From contig BDGG01000002.1 of NCBI GenBank assembly GCA_001949185.1, forward strand, positions 8,541,990 through 8,605,989: 64,000 nucleotides of DNA. The letters run 5' to 3'. The position numbers and the translations under genes were made by a program. This document shows positions 36,865 to 49,344 of the stretch, one piece after another (within the stretch, counting starts at the first letter, position 1; each line of letters begins with the position of its first letter). The DNA comes from Ramazzottius varieornatus (Eukaryota > Animalia > Tardigrada). A model generated the notes under the pieces. That model made no database searches and was not told where the DNA came from. It saw nothing but the letters and a program-made list of their open reading frames with translations.

Positions 36865-39800
36865 CTAAACGGGATGCAAAAGTTTTCCATTGTTCAGCTT
36901 GATGACTTTTAGCTGTATGGGTGCATTGCCGTTATCCTTGGCCACTTCCGAAGGGTCTTCTTCTTCAAGGGCACTCTGCTCATCTCCGAAGAATTTGTGA
37001 CAACAACGCCCTATGGTGCCGGGACAGCGGGACAGCATCTCGCCAAGAAAGAGGACGCAGGCAAGCCCGTAGCCCACTGCCAAGCAAGCGTACACGCCCA
37101 AGACGTCTTCCAGCTGCACCTTGCGCACTTCGTCCGCTGCCTTTGTCAATTCCTGCTGGCAGCGGGGTGGCTTGTGCTGCCTCTCTGAGTTCCATTCTTC
37201 GTTGGCCCAATGTGTGATGATGCCTGAATACGACATCCTTCGTATCCTGCAAGAGAAAGCGTACAGTCGTCGAGGAAGTACGGGTGTAGACTGTAGCACC
37301 TGGGACTGGTCATGTTGCTACCATTTGTCGAAGAGTGGTGGGTAGTTGGTGCCTTTGGGAAATGCCCATGCGTAGTTGACCTTCTCCATGGGTTGGCGCA
37401 TCATGGTGTAGCGACACGCGGTAGCGCCTACCGAGTCTTGCGCAATGGCGGACTGCATGGCGGCCGTTCCGCCAATGTGACCGACGGTGCTGGAGGAGGA
37501 TATCATTCGCAGTATTTCGTCAAAGGTGTCAACGCGGAGGGCATCGTTGTTCTGGATGCGGCGCCAGGCTTCCAGAAAGTCTGGCATCCTGGAATTCCCC
37601 AGAGCTTGATCGCTGTATGAGTTCTTCTCTATGATTGGGTCCATGTTGCGTTCATACAGGAAGGCATGTAAGTTGTTGACTGTGGAAGGCTTGCCCGGGA
37701 ATGTCAGAAAAGCAATGAGGTTGCCGGAGTAAGTGGCCACAGTGCAGAGGCTGAAGAGCCACCAGAAGACCATGAAGATGCGCGATGAGTCGGCGTCCGG
37801 AGTAATTTGTCCACCTGACAACAAGCAGCCATAAGTCCGTCGGACCAGTTTCTGTAGTATTCAACACCATATGGAATAGTCAGAACAACTGACGTAAAAA
37901 TGCGCTGCGTCCCCGCAGCACGTACGCGTACATGACAATGCACTCCCGCAGGGGCTAAACAGGCAGTAAAAGCCGGACCGCGGTTGTACTTCGCGCGTAC
38001 GATGACGGAGTGCGCGGACGCAGCGAATTTACAGTACTTGATGAATTGTCAGATTTCATTTTCCTAACCTTGGGAAACTATGGAGCCATAACAGTAAATG
38101 TAAGCTTCCGACAAAGAAGCAAAATAGTTGACCTTCTTTTGCGCAGCGTAGTAGGGTGTGGCTCGACTGAAGACGTAGAGAAGCGGACCGGAGGCTCCAA
38201 CTGCGGCGATCACACAAAACCACACCTGCAAGGCCAAATGGATGGTTGGACCGTATATGTTTCGGTGAGCGATTGTTATTCTCCACTGCCCTTACACTTG
38301 TACTGAAGGGAAAGAGAAAGCCAAACAAATGCTTATTAAACTGGCTCCTAGGGAGGAGAATAGTCATAGGGTCTTCATAGAAAGGCACGGTGAATTCCAC
38401 CACGCTTTGACGCTGCAGTGATACTGTCAAGTCTGCGGCAATCAAATCCACTTCTCCACGTTGCAGCATGCCAATCATTCCATTCCACTTGCCGTTTTTG
38501 TCCACCGTCCCATAGTACTGATCTCCTGGCTTGCAGAACACCAACTCGTACCTAAGTATTCATACTTCTGTACGAAATACAGTGAGTTGCGGGAGTTTAA
38601 ATCTACGGTGCGGCGAAGCAAACTTGACTCAATTTTTCCAACAATTCGGTTTGTCCTCTGGAGCCTGTTCTATAATCAGTAATCGTTTTTACCCGAAAGC
38701 CCTAACTTTCTTCTATTAGAAATCAACATCCTACGTCTAACAAGAGCATCCGGAATTCCAGACCAAAACCTCAACGGCTCAGCACAAGAAGCGGCGCACG
38801 AACTACTTTTTTCATTACTTTGCAAAACGATTTTTTGATTTTTAAATTTTTAAATTCAGAACATCGATATTTCGCAATTGAACCATACGTGCAAAAAGGT
38901 GGAGAATCAAAGCTACCGTTCCGAAAAGTTTAGCACGGCCGAGTTCAGTTAGCCTGAATTTAACCCAGAAAAATTAGCAGTCCGCCCACATCACGACCCG
39001 CATGTACACAACAGCTCCCCGCGGACAACAAACCAACCAACTTGGATGCTTTCAAAAATTTTTTATCTTGCAAAATGGGCTTTATTTTTGTTTAGAGAGT
39101 TAGACGAGGCCAATTGACCGTGATTTTTCAGATACGTTCGAAAAACTGGAGGGACAAGTTTGCTCCGCCGCAGTGTATATCGACCTGAAGTTGAGAACAA
39201 CCGATAAGGTCCGGATCATATTGGGGATAATGCCTTGATACAACATGACGGTAACGTTTCCGTTTGACAGGTCAAAGGCCGTCTGATTGCGGACGAGGAA
39301 GGGCGGTTGCTGGAATGGAAACGAAGCCTTCAAGAGGTTTCGAAAAAAAGAAAAGCTGGGACTGTGACTAGCAAACTTGCCTCGGATACAGCAATGCGTA
39401 ATATTCTGCCTCGGAGATTGTTGACATCGCTGAAATTGAACTTGCGGTATCCGGTAACGGGGCTCCAGGTTGCCATTGTTTGCGGACGCGGGTTGTCATC
39501 CACTGGATCAACATCATACTTGCTGATGCTGTAACTGGAGCAGACATCCAAGCCCACGTTAGCCTCACAGGAGAGGACTTGTGTCAACTCCTCCCATATC
39601 GGCAACCTTGAGTTCTTCCCTGAATCCTCGTTGCCGGTCCAGCAAGCACTGAACAGACCGTCGCTGTCGCTAGGCGTTGGACCACCAGCTGTGTTGATCA
39701 AGTGAGAAAAAGACGCTGTAGCTGAAATGGTCGTCAATATCCCAGCCAAAGCCGACCTCTAAATAAATGTAGGCGGTTGCCAGTCCGACTAAAACTCTTC

Positions 39801-41081
39801 TGATATGCTTCGGCGGATTAAAATGAAACGTGAAGGAGCACTCCGTGTCTGACCTGGTCGAGTTCGAGCGGGTATTCCCAGAAAGAAAGAAAGCGGGAGA
39901 TACTGGACTGGGTGACGGTATTTAACCAGTCTTCGCCCTGCCATCGTACCACTCCAATGTAGTCCAAATCTGTCATGTGGGAGAAGTCCATATCAGACAG
40001 GGGGTAGTTCGGGGGGACGACAAAAACCAGATGCGTCCCGAAATTCAAGACCTTCTTTTGTCTCATCTGCAACCATCGCCCACTTTATCGACATACTTGA
40101 GCTGCAAGGATTACAAAAAAGACTGAAGCATACGGTGGCAATGGTGAGTCGAACCAAGCTCAGTTTGGTGTTTAGAACAACCAAAACCCGACGGTCGTCA
40201 CTAGCAAGGTTTGCCAACATGCTCAAGCATCCGCCCAAATTCTCCGGGAAGTCCGTCTGGTTTGTGGTCGTTATCCAGCACACTAACGTTGTCGCTAACG
40301 TATCGTGAATAGTTTCTACTGAAGCTCCCAACACGGGTCGACCTACACAGCAAATCAGTCAGTGCTTGAGTGGTGTCCTACACGAAGACCTTCGAGCTCG
40401 AGGATGGACTGACCGCAGTACGACTCGCCGTCGCAGACGTGGATCGTAAGGACGTTGGTCCAGCCGAAGTTCTTGACAACGAACGACGGAATTAGGCTGG
40501 CCGGACTATAGCCGTGAAGGTAGAAGGGAATGACATTTGGCGGAGACGAGGCGTCTGCTTGTTCCTCCGTACCGTTGATTGTACCATTGTTGCGCTTTGG
40601 CAGGCGAGGGAAATCCAAACATCCTTCTACGGAATAGGCTGACCCGAGGACCAAAAGAGGTCGCTTCAGTAACTGGGAATAGCGAGGGGTAACGCATGTC
40701 CCTGGCGAGGTTATCAGTAACAGATTACTGCTGAGACTCTGCACATCATCGCACACTATGAAATAAAGACCATGAGACGACACCTCGTAGTAGTTCCTAG
40801 ACCATCCGCCGAAGAAAGTCACAGAAAAGCAACAGTGGCAGGCAAAGCATAACAGCAGAAAAACAGAGCGACATACTTTGATCGGTGGGTCTCCCGAGCC
40901 AATCTAAATCGGAAAGTGTCGCCGAGAAACTCGTACTATTGTCCGACTCATCCAAAGGGCGAACTGCCTTGATGTCGCTTGTACGCGAGCTGATGATGGC
41001 GTAGCGTTCTGACTGTACAGGTAGAAGCATTCCGCAATTAAGTAGAACAGAAAACACAACGGTAAGAAGCGATAAGGACAT
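36865..41081 (-). CDS. Ionotropic receptor, IR93a-like (iGluR-related), multi-exon
   Basis: Signal peptide at 41081, long divergent N-terminal domain, S1 YG...NGKWNGMIGMLQRGEVDLIAADLTVSLQRQSVVEFTVPF, pore WYCYG-like segment, GGQITPDADSSRIFMVFWWLF..TYSGNLIAFLTFP, S2 and M4. Confidence 0.85.
37889..38034. mobile_element. MITE family B copy (CTGTA-type end) in an IR intron
   Basis: cgctgcgtccccgca...tgcgcggacgcagcgaatttacag-TA; related to 44252-44392. Confidence 0.7.
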
Positions 41082-41499
41082 GATGAAGAATGCTTGGTTC
41101 CTCAGACAGACTCGAGATATTTCCGTCGGGAGGCTTGCTAGATGGTACCGCGCGACCTTCCTAACAACCATGATAAAATCATCCGGGTGCGGCTCGGTGG
41201 ACAGAAGGCGCTGTAACGAGCACTACGTACGCGACCTGAACCAGAGTCATTCCATCAGAGGCCATTCTTCAACAGAGTGGCTTCATTTTGTACACAAAGG
41301 TGATACGTCATACTGAGTTTTCCATCCGTGAACAAACAGGGCAGCGCACTGGAGATGGGATGTCATCGTACTTTTGTACGTATACAGTGGCCTGTAGTAC
41401 CATCATACGGAGGTAAACAGACCGCTAACCGAGAGCCGCATCTACATCATAATCATAATTTTTTCCAGTCCGCCTTCTGGCACAGTTAACCGCACATTA

Positions 41500-42334
41500 A
41501 CCCCAGACTCCTCACAGTGGACATATTCGACCATTCTGACCCTTCTCATAACGGTTCACGAACGGTAATTGTCTGGTGGTATTCATCAAAAAGCGTGGCA
41601 CATTGACTACTCCGTTCAGTACTTACTTGATTAATTTGCTGGTGAATAACTTCTCCAGTTGCACTTCTTCTACCGGCTGGACGTTTTACAACAGCTTTTT
41701 TGGCGACCAGAACTGGTGTCTGAGCGAGTCACTGTGTACCTTCTACCTTTATGGATTCTTTGTTACGAATGCAACTAGGCCAACTGCCATCTTCTGATTA
41801 TTTTGAACCAAGCTTTGGCGGTCACCCATCCGAGGTCGTATCAAACTGTTCATCGCCGCCCTTTTGCCAACAAAATCTGCATGAGCATGTGGCTTATACT
41901 GCATGCATGTCTACTACCTGGCGTCCTTATCGACGCCTGTACTATCGTCTGCCGCTTGAGAACAACGGATGTCAGCTTGATGTCCCTGCTCAGTACCACT
42001 GCTGCGTGACAACAGAGTTACTGTTGTCACGCAGTAGACTTTAGCTCAAAGAAACGTCACCTATGACCAAACAGATCTGCGGTCAGCGACTTTTGGTTTG
42101 ACATTCTTGGGCACTCCGGTCATTAGCAACGTCCAAGTCATTTGGTGGTTTTACACGAATGCTAAGATATCCAGCTTGCTGGTACCGTTTGGTCCCTTCC
42201 TCGCTGTTCCCTCCGCTATCAATCCGGTCCTGTTTGCACTTTCTTTACGCGAAACCTGGGCAGTCTGTCCGGAATATCTTGGCTCTAAGAACAGCGAGTG
42301 TGTGTCGCGAGGCTCTGCTGGCCAATGCGGTTGA
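41500..42334 (+). pseudogene. Intronless rhodopsin-class GPCR pseudogene
   Basis: Frameshifted pieces: NGNCLVVFI..TLTTPFSTYLINLL (TM1-2), W.LS..LCTFYLY (TM3), HLLIILNQALAVTHPRSY, CMSMWLILH..LLPG (TM4), YYRLP...GC (ECL2), SAINPVLFAL (TM7). TM5-6 largely missing. Confidence 0.7.
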
Positions 42335-42926
42335 CCACGTGACTTTGTCTTTTCAAAATCCCACCTATACACGCAAGCGAACACCGTACGATCAGACTGG
42401 CAAGTTAGAACTGGGGAAGAAGTAGTTGCAGAAACTTTTCGCTTGCACCTCTTTCACTATTTGGTTTCTGACGTAAGGAATGATCGGACATTCTGAATGC
42501 TCAGATATCGTTCCATTTTTTCACCGCCAGAAGTTGGTGATTTCAACTTGCATAATTTTTGAAAAGCAGGTTTCCAAAACTCTACCGGGAAAACCGACTC
42601 GCATACTGCGCCACTCTAGCGAGGTTCACAATTTTAAACTTTTCTAATCTTCTTGACTTAATGAAACCGGTCGGCGGTGGTCCCAGTAGTTGCCCCAAGC
42701 TGTTAGGCATCCCTATCTGAAGCCAAGCCTGGATCGGATTCTCCGTGACTTCATAGAACTTGCCTTTCGTCTGTAAGTTTCATCATATTTCCCACGTGGC
42801 TTCCTTCTCAATCAAACTGTTTCGCTGAAAAATGTAACCAGGCGCTTCGAAGTAGAGGGTTTAAGGTCCCGTTCGCCATGTTTTGCAAATTTATGATAGG
42901 ATAAGACAAGATAGACTAGAAAGGTA

Positions 42927-43122
42927 CAAACACGGCGGATAAATATGGGACACTAAAAATTATGGGACAGGCCTTTTCACTACGGCGGTACGGAAACACG
43001 TAAGTACACGACCAATTCCCAGTAATACACTTCTCGACACTTTTCTACGGTTGGATTCCATGTTTCCGTCCTTTCCGCCAGTTCCATAATTTTTAGTGTC
43101 CCATAATTACCCGCCGTGCGTG
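42927..43122. mobile_element. MITE family A, best-preserved copy (196 bp, about 42-bp TIRs, TA TSD)
   Basis: Left CAAACACGGCGGATAAATATGGGACACTAAAAATTATGGGAC vs right reverse complement CACGCACGGCGGGTAATTATGGGACACTAAAAATTATGGAAC. Confidence 0.9.
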
Positions 43123-43234
43123 TACTGAAAGGTACTAAATTAACGCGTATTCAACCACGTGATGAGTCATCATTGTCCAGTGTGATCAGATGTTATCAAT
43201 ATGGCCTGTGTAACTCTCGCCCCGGCATCATCTA

Positions 43235-43440
43235 CTGTATCCCCTCGATAGTTCTGCGAATTACGTCATCATGCCAGTAAATTACACCCGCACTGGTATC
43301 GCTGATTGTTTGATTGTCGCCCATCATTACACTTGACTGGGGAGCAGTCTTTGATTGAAGGTACAGATACTTTCTGTTCCACGCTGGATGATATTTACCA
43401 CGACAGTCACGTGATTCACAGAACTTTCGAGGGAATACAG
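43235..43440. mobile_element. MITE with CTGTA termini
   Basis: TA-ctgtatcccctcgatagttctgcgaattacgt...acgtgattcacagaactttcgagggaatacag-TA. Confidence 0.75.
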
Positions 43441-44251
43441 TACTGTCTACGCGGTTAAGTGAGAGTTAATTGGGGAGCACTACAGCGGTTTTCTCAGTTA
43501 AGAATTAAGTTTGAGCGCCGACATCGCTGTTTTTACTGAGTTCCAGAAGCGACAAATGTGAATGTTGTGAATCGGATTTTCAAGAGACGATATGCTACTA
43601 TATTGTGGAAGAAGAATGGGGGAGCTACCCTCGTTTGCTTCGGAGGAAAAAATGCCGAAGTCAGTCGTGATAAAAGCGGACAAGTCATAGTGAAACACCT
43701 GGTTGTTCGCAAGTGCTATGGATACACTTTGGGTAAATTTTCGTCCACATGTAATTTGGTAATGTTTTTCTTTTCCAGATTGCATGCCATGCAATTTGGG
43801 GAAGTTAGGTATGCAGGTGGAGTCACGCGTAAGTATGCAGGTAAAAGTCACGGCCGCGCTCTGTCCGGACACTACAACGGATACCGAACTCCCTACGACG
43901 TTCACATGCATACCTGCACATCACAATATTTACCATAAGAGATGGGGAGAGCGTATTGTTTACGAGCAGCAAATTGAAATCTATATATCGCGGATTTTTA
44001 ACATGAGATTTCAATGTTCTCTTAATTGCGGATCTCTTGGATTCTCTGACTCCTCGTGTTGACTGTGCCTAATACCCTTCAACAACTCATTATTTTATCT
44101 ATCGATCTACCCTTAAAAGTTTGGGATTGAGCAGTAGAGAACAGGCGAGCTTAGACGGCTTACTTTACAACCTTTCCCTCGTACCGTTTGATCGCTGTAA
44201 TCCTTTCGCTCTGAGTCATGCAAACGGATGTGGAAAAAGAAGCTGGTATTA

Positions 44252-44392
44252 CTGTATTCGCTGCCTCCGCGCAGTCCATACACGTACGTGACGATGCACC
44301 CCCGTAGGGGGTTGCGTAGTGCGTGAACCCAGACCGGGGCTGTACTTCACGTATACGATTACATACTGCGCGGATGCAGCGAATATTTACAG
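44252..44392. mobile_element. MITE family B copy
   Basis: ctgtattcgctgcctccgcgcagt...actgcgcggatgcagcgaatatttacag. Confidence 0.7.
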
Positions 44393-44407
44393 TTCTTTAT
44401 GTTGTAG

Positions 44408-44796
44408 ACTGGGATCACTTTGTTCGGAGAGAAAGGAGTGTCGAATGGCTCAGTTTGATTCAGCTGGTTTTTTCACAAGCCGAACACCTTCTAGTTGTCT
44501 TCTACGAAAACCTAGAATCTAATCTGCGGCGTGAACTACACAGAATAGCTGAGTTCCTGGACGTTTTTGTGACGGAAGAGCGACTCGAATGTACCTTGCG
44601 GTATTCTACCGGGAAGTTCAAAAGAAACAAGACGCGCAACAGCACGCACTTTTACACTCATGCTCAAACTGAAATTGTTTCTTCGCTGATGGACAGTGCC
44701 TTGTCGATACTGAAGCAACGTAATGTGACTGAGATACCAAAAGTATATAGCGAGAAGGTTTGGATGACTTTTAGAAAGAGAGCAAAGTATCCGTAG
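44408..44796 (+). other. Terminal exon of a WSCD-family sulfotransferase-like gene; upstream exons not found
   Basis: After a tag acceptor: DWDHFV..W....LLVVFYENL..NLRRELHRIAEFLDV.V.EERLECTL....GKFKR, typical of the WSCD1/2-like C-terminus. Confidence 0.55.
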
Positions 44797-44879
44797 AAAT
44801 GTGCAAGATGGCTGACATGCCGGATTTGAATACACAGTAGTTAGATGACAGAGATCGTTATATTTTTCTTCCAAGTAAA

Positions 44880-45155
44880 CGTGTACGTTCCCCACCAGTA
44901 GATGGCCAGCAAGACAAATTTCATCCTTGGAAACGAGAGCAGCCTGCGACTTTGTCAACAAGCCGGCTTCAACGCCGACACTACCATCGGAGACGGCAAA
45001 GTCTTCCACCGCTGTGATGCCAACGGGCTCCTAACCAGCTGCCTCTGTCCCAACATGAGTGTAAAGTTCCCTTCCACAATTGAGCGCCTTCATCTTGTCG
45101 TCTCCATGCTAGACGTCTTGTCAATTCGTAGCAGTTCAAGCAAATCACTTTGGTA
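44880..45155 (+). pseudogene. Decayed CBM14 chitin-binding gene fragment
   Basis: QQAGFNADT..GKVFHRCDANGLLTSCLCPNMS / QFKQITLV parallels the intact gene at 11479-12188, with a frameshift and lost Cys. Confidence 0.55.
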
Positions 45156-45775
45156 AGAGTGCAGCGAGGGAAGAAAGGAAGTTGAAGAACTTGAGATAAT
45201 CGAGGAAATGAATTTCTTCGGCGTGACTTAGTAGTTATTGCAGTCTTTGGCGTTCACTTCATAAAATAGTTGAGATGTCAGCCACATCGCTGGCTTCCTG
45301 GTGGCAGCACCGTCGGCCGCATACAAATTATCCTTACATGTATGTTGACACCGCGATGATCATACTGATATTCATACCCCCGTGATACAATCTTTTTTGG
45401 AAAACCGAACGTCGGACTGCGCTTTTGGGATACCAGCCAAACTAACAGATTCCAACGCTGCTCAACAGCAGACATTCTGTCACCGTAGTGTAAGCTCTGG
45501 GCTTGTCGCAGAGCTCGCGGCTTCGCGCAGTCGCCGCTATATACGAACACCTAACACATTCTTCTTGTTCATCGAGCTATCCTAAGGCTAGTTGACCTTG
45601 ATGGTGCTACGGCGTGGTCGAGCTCTTCATCAAGCTACAATGTTGCGTTCTTAGATGAGCATCCAAGAAGAGCAGTCACGATGGCACATCAACCTTCTGG
45701 ATTTTCTCGGTTACGCTGGAAGAGATCTCATTTGGACTGCTTTTTGTCATCAGTGTTGTTCCTGTTGTTGGCAGA

Positions 45776-47070
45776 CTATGTTGACAATGCGGCCAATCGG
45801 TACTATGGAGTATTCACTGTTTACGGGACGGTAAGTCCATCCAACACAATTCAGCTTTCGGTTGTCAATGACTGGAAACAACAACATCGGCTTCTTCAAT
45901 TGCAGGGAGACACGATCCTCCAAACATTTCATGCGCACCTCGGGCCGCTGGATGGAAATCGGAGATGGCACGTTGAATGTCTTGATGGTAAGTCTCACAG
46001 ACGTATTCGAAATCAAACTGACAACTCTCTGGTCAACGAGATGACGTTGCAGGAGAGGCCATGGTTGGAATAGGGTAAGCCATTTTCGAGATTCCTCATT
46101 GAAAGGAAGGAAGGGAATGCTTCTGTTGGCAGAGATCTCGTCGATGATTTTCAAAAGATGGCTCAAGTTTGGTGTAAATTTATGTAAGTCCGGTGTGATT
46201 CAGTGGAAGGCGTTCGTGGAGTGCGAAAGTCAGGCTAATTATCGGATGCCTTCCAGGTTTCCAAACAAGCCGCCAACCAATGGACTCTATCCCTACTACC
46301 CCAAGTAAGCGGCCAGATATTTTCGCATATGCTGTAACTAAAGCCGGATCTTCCAGCTGTTTCGTCCGGAACTACACCACGCAGTATCATTGTTATATGG
46401 CGAAAGACCACGACGTATCGATCAACACATTTATAACCGGTACAAAATACTTGTCGTTTTGACGGTTGACGGCTTTCTCTTGCGGGGGAATCTTCAGCTG
46501 CCAGTTTTGCTGACAGGGATATACGACGACGATTTTCAATTCTGGACATTCCGACTGGGGCAAGACAATAGTCAGCCGTACAAATGCTGCAAAACGCCCC
46601 TTGGCTACTACATCGATTACTTCTCGTGTTACTACATGCCGACCAAAGACATTTACGGCGAGTACTACGACCACACTTCCATGTTCCTGGTCTTCTGTGC
46701 CACCGACCATGTCATGACGGGGCTGGGCAAGAAAATCAACGCCTGGGGCAGAGATTATCATGTAGACTGGATACAGTGCTGTCGTGTTAGTATCCCTGCT
46801 CCTACTGTACAATGTCTCCTCGACCGATCCAGTGAGGAGTTTGTTTTTTCATGGTAGGTTGGCGTTGGAATACCACCAAGGATATACCGACCACCTCAGC
46901 ACACCTACACGTATGATTCCTATGCCAACCACTCTTATCCCAATAAACCGTCCGGTCAGTATGCGGCGCAGTACCAAGGGCGCAATCTCGGAGCGCAGAT
47001 GATGCCCAGAGGCTTTCTCGGCTCTGAGCGAAAAGACCATCATCACAACCAGCTTTCCGCCGTATCATAA
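45776..47070 (+). CDS. Multi-exon Cys/Tyr-rich protein of unknown function (5' end uncertain, possibly from about 45274)
   Basis: Short exons splice into WHVECLDGEAMVGI.DLVDDFQKMAQVWCKFMFPNKPPTNGLYPYYPNCFVRNYTTQYHCY...FITGIYDDDF...YKCCKTPLGYYIDYFSCYY...C..DHVMTG...DWIQCCRVG; stop 47068-47070. Confidence 0.7.
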
Positions 47071-48033
47071 TTGTTTTACTCATGATTAGTAACTGCGGTC
47101 TCAAGCAAGAAACGTTTGATTTTGGTTTTCTTGTCAGACTTTCATCTTAATACGAGGTAAACTCCACAATTCGGGCCGGCCAATTTTCCCTCGTAATTCG
47201 GGCGATCTGTATCTCAGCTCTTTCTGCACCAAATCACCCAGTTTTTGTTCGCCGGGCTAGAACAGACACTCTTTTATCTCTCGTGATACCTGTGTAGTTC
47301 TAGAGATAGGAAGATGTTTCAGAGTTGAGGAGTCAGCGGTGTAAGGAAGAGGGGTCTGCCTAATGTTGAAAAGCCTGAAGTTGTATCAACCGATGTACGA
47401 TGATCAATCAATACAGCATAGTACATGACGTATCAACTATTCGCGCAGCCCGAATTATCAGAACGAGCAAAGCGACTCCTTATAGGTCTGTCGAAAAGTC
47501 AATGTGTGTCGCAAATGGTGAAGCTATCTAATATCGCAAACTCCGTTATGTAGAACGATGCGCGAGTTGACCGGGGTTGCAAAAACCTTTTATTCTCAGT
47601 CCGTATCAAACCCCATACGCCTGTCACGATGGGAGCACTGAAAAAACATCCGACCAAGAGAAAAACTTTGCCCGTTTTCAAAAGTGTTCCGCAAAAAACA
47701 TTGGCAACAATTGGGGAAGGGGAAGGGGGATAACGGGAAGGAGGAAGGGGGATGGGGGTTCAGTGGGCAGAAAACCCTGACCCGTCATCCTCCTCATTAG
47801 TTTTAGCTTTTGTTTTTAAGGCATTCGCTCGGCCTGCCCAGTGGTCAGGACCGCTAGCTAATGGTAGGAAAATTGGCCCGCCCAAATTGTGGCGTTTACT
47901 ACCTCATATTGTTTATCTGATCTCAAATTAAAACAGAAAAGTGCCACTAGCGTAAATAAAACCACCTGTTCAAAACTTCACTTGTGGCCGGCAAATTTTC
48001 AAAAAAGTCAAGGAAACTGCAGTGGATTAAGTG

Positions 48034-49344
48034 TTAAGTTCCAGCTATCCATGTGGACGGCCAGAAGTCTTTGGGTTGGATGCCGGCTTTCATGACTGTG
48101 CCGTTGCGCGGCCAGTGGCGATAGTAGTGAATTTCCTTGGCTTCTCCCAAATAGGCTCCCCACCAGCCAAATGTCCCCACACTCAAGACCAGATAGTCCA
48201 TCAGCGTCAGCAAGGCCATGTCCACCTCGGCCGACTCATGGTAGTCCATGAAGATGAAGTTGTCTTCCCGGAAGACCTCCCTACAGTACTCCATGCCATT
48301 GCTGATGACCAGAAAGAGTACCGGCGCGTACTTGCTCTGCATATGCAGCACACTTCTCAACAAATAGGCTTTGCTTGCCGGCTCGTGGCCCATGTCATGC
48401 CACGGACCCGAAAGGATGTCCCCACGTCGAACATGCACACCGACCAGCTTGGGCAACTGGTCGTTGCTTTTGTTTGTCGTGCCAAAGTACCCCTCTAGCC
48501 CCAGGCGGAGCTTTGCCATGGCTTCGTCAGTGACGTTTTGTTTGAAGGCAAACATCGCTCGAATGTCGCGTTTGTAGACGTCGAATAAGTGAAAGACTTG
48601 GCGATATCCATCCAGTGGGATATTTTCATTGGGGTAGTCTGTCGACAGGTGAAGGATATCTGGATCGAATATCGCCCAGTGTTTCTCGTGAAGGACCTCT
48701 GTGGACTTGTCGAAGAGTTCGGCTCTTCTTCGATGCTGAATGAAATATTCCAGGTTGGCAAAGAGTTTTTCGTGCTTGTGGAATTCAAGGAGGGCGACGG
48801 AGCGGGAAGTGTTGCGGGCCAAGCCGTACATTGTGGCCAGAATGAACATGAAATTGCCCAAGCCGAAGCCGGTGACACTCAGATTATTATGAGCAATGAA
48901 AAGTTCCTGACTGGCGGTGGGCGCTCTCATCATCCAGCTCTGCAGGAAGCGCTCCTGTTCTTGTTGCCGTCGATCAATTGTTCGCTGCAGCCCCAGCAAG
49001 ATGAGGTCAGTAACGACCGCAGCGGAACACCCTCCGACAGCGAGGTTGTCCATCGATGGAGAATTCATCTCAACCAGGGAACCGTTCTTCATTCGTAATG
49101 TCTTTATCGGCGGTTGGGCTGAGACGACACGAAAAAGCTTCTCCAGTTTGCTCAGACTGTCCAGCGTCACAGGGCATGCAGTGGGAGGTGAATCATCGAA
49201 TAAACCATGTTTCTTATTCCGTGAAATGGAAAGCTCTTGGTAAGCACTCCATAAGAACCAGGAAAGTAGTGTTGAAAGACAGAGCACTGTAAAAAACAAA
49301 AATGCTGCCCTGTGACAGTACAATATCGGACTTCTTCAGTACAT
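48034..49344 (-). CDS. Alpha-1,2-fucosyltransferase (GT11), type II membrane; in-frame TGA at codon 3 of the apparent start
   Basis: TM segment, GLGNFMF..A.MYG, GYRQ, VGVHVRRGD, FLVISN, DMALL...D..VLSVGTFGWWGAYL, DFWPSTW. ATG 49344 is followed by TAC TGA (49338-49336). Confidence 0.85.

Noticed and set aside
43558-43938. 126-aa ORF as upstream exons of the WSCD-like gene
   Set aside because: No sulfotransferase or WSC motifs recognised and no consistent splice path established.
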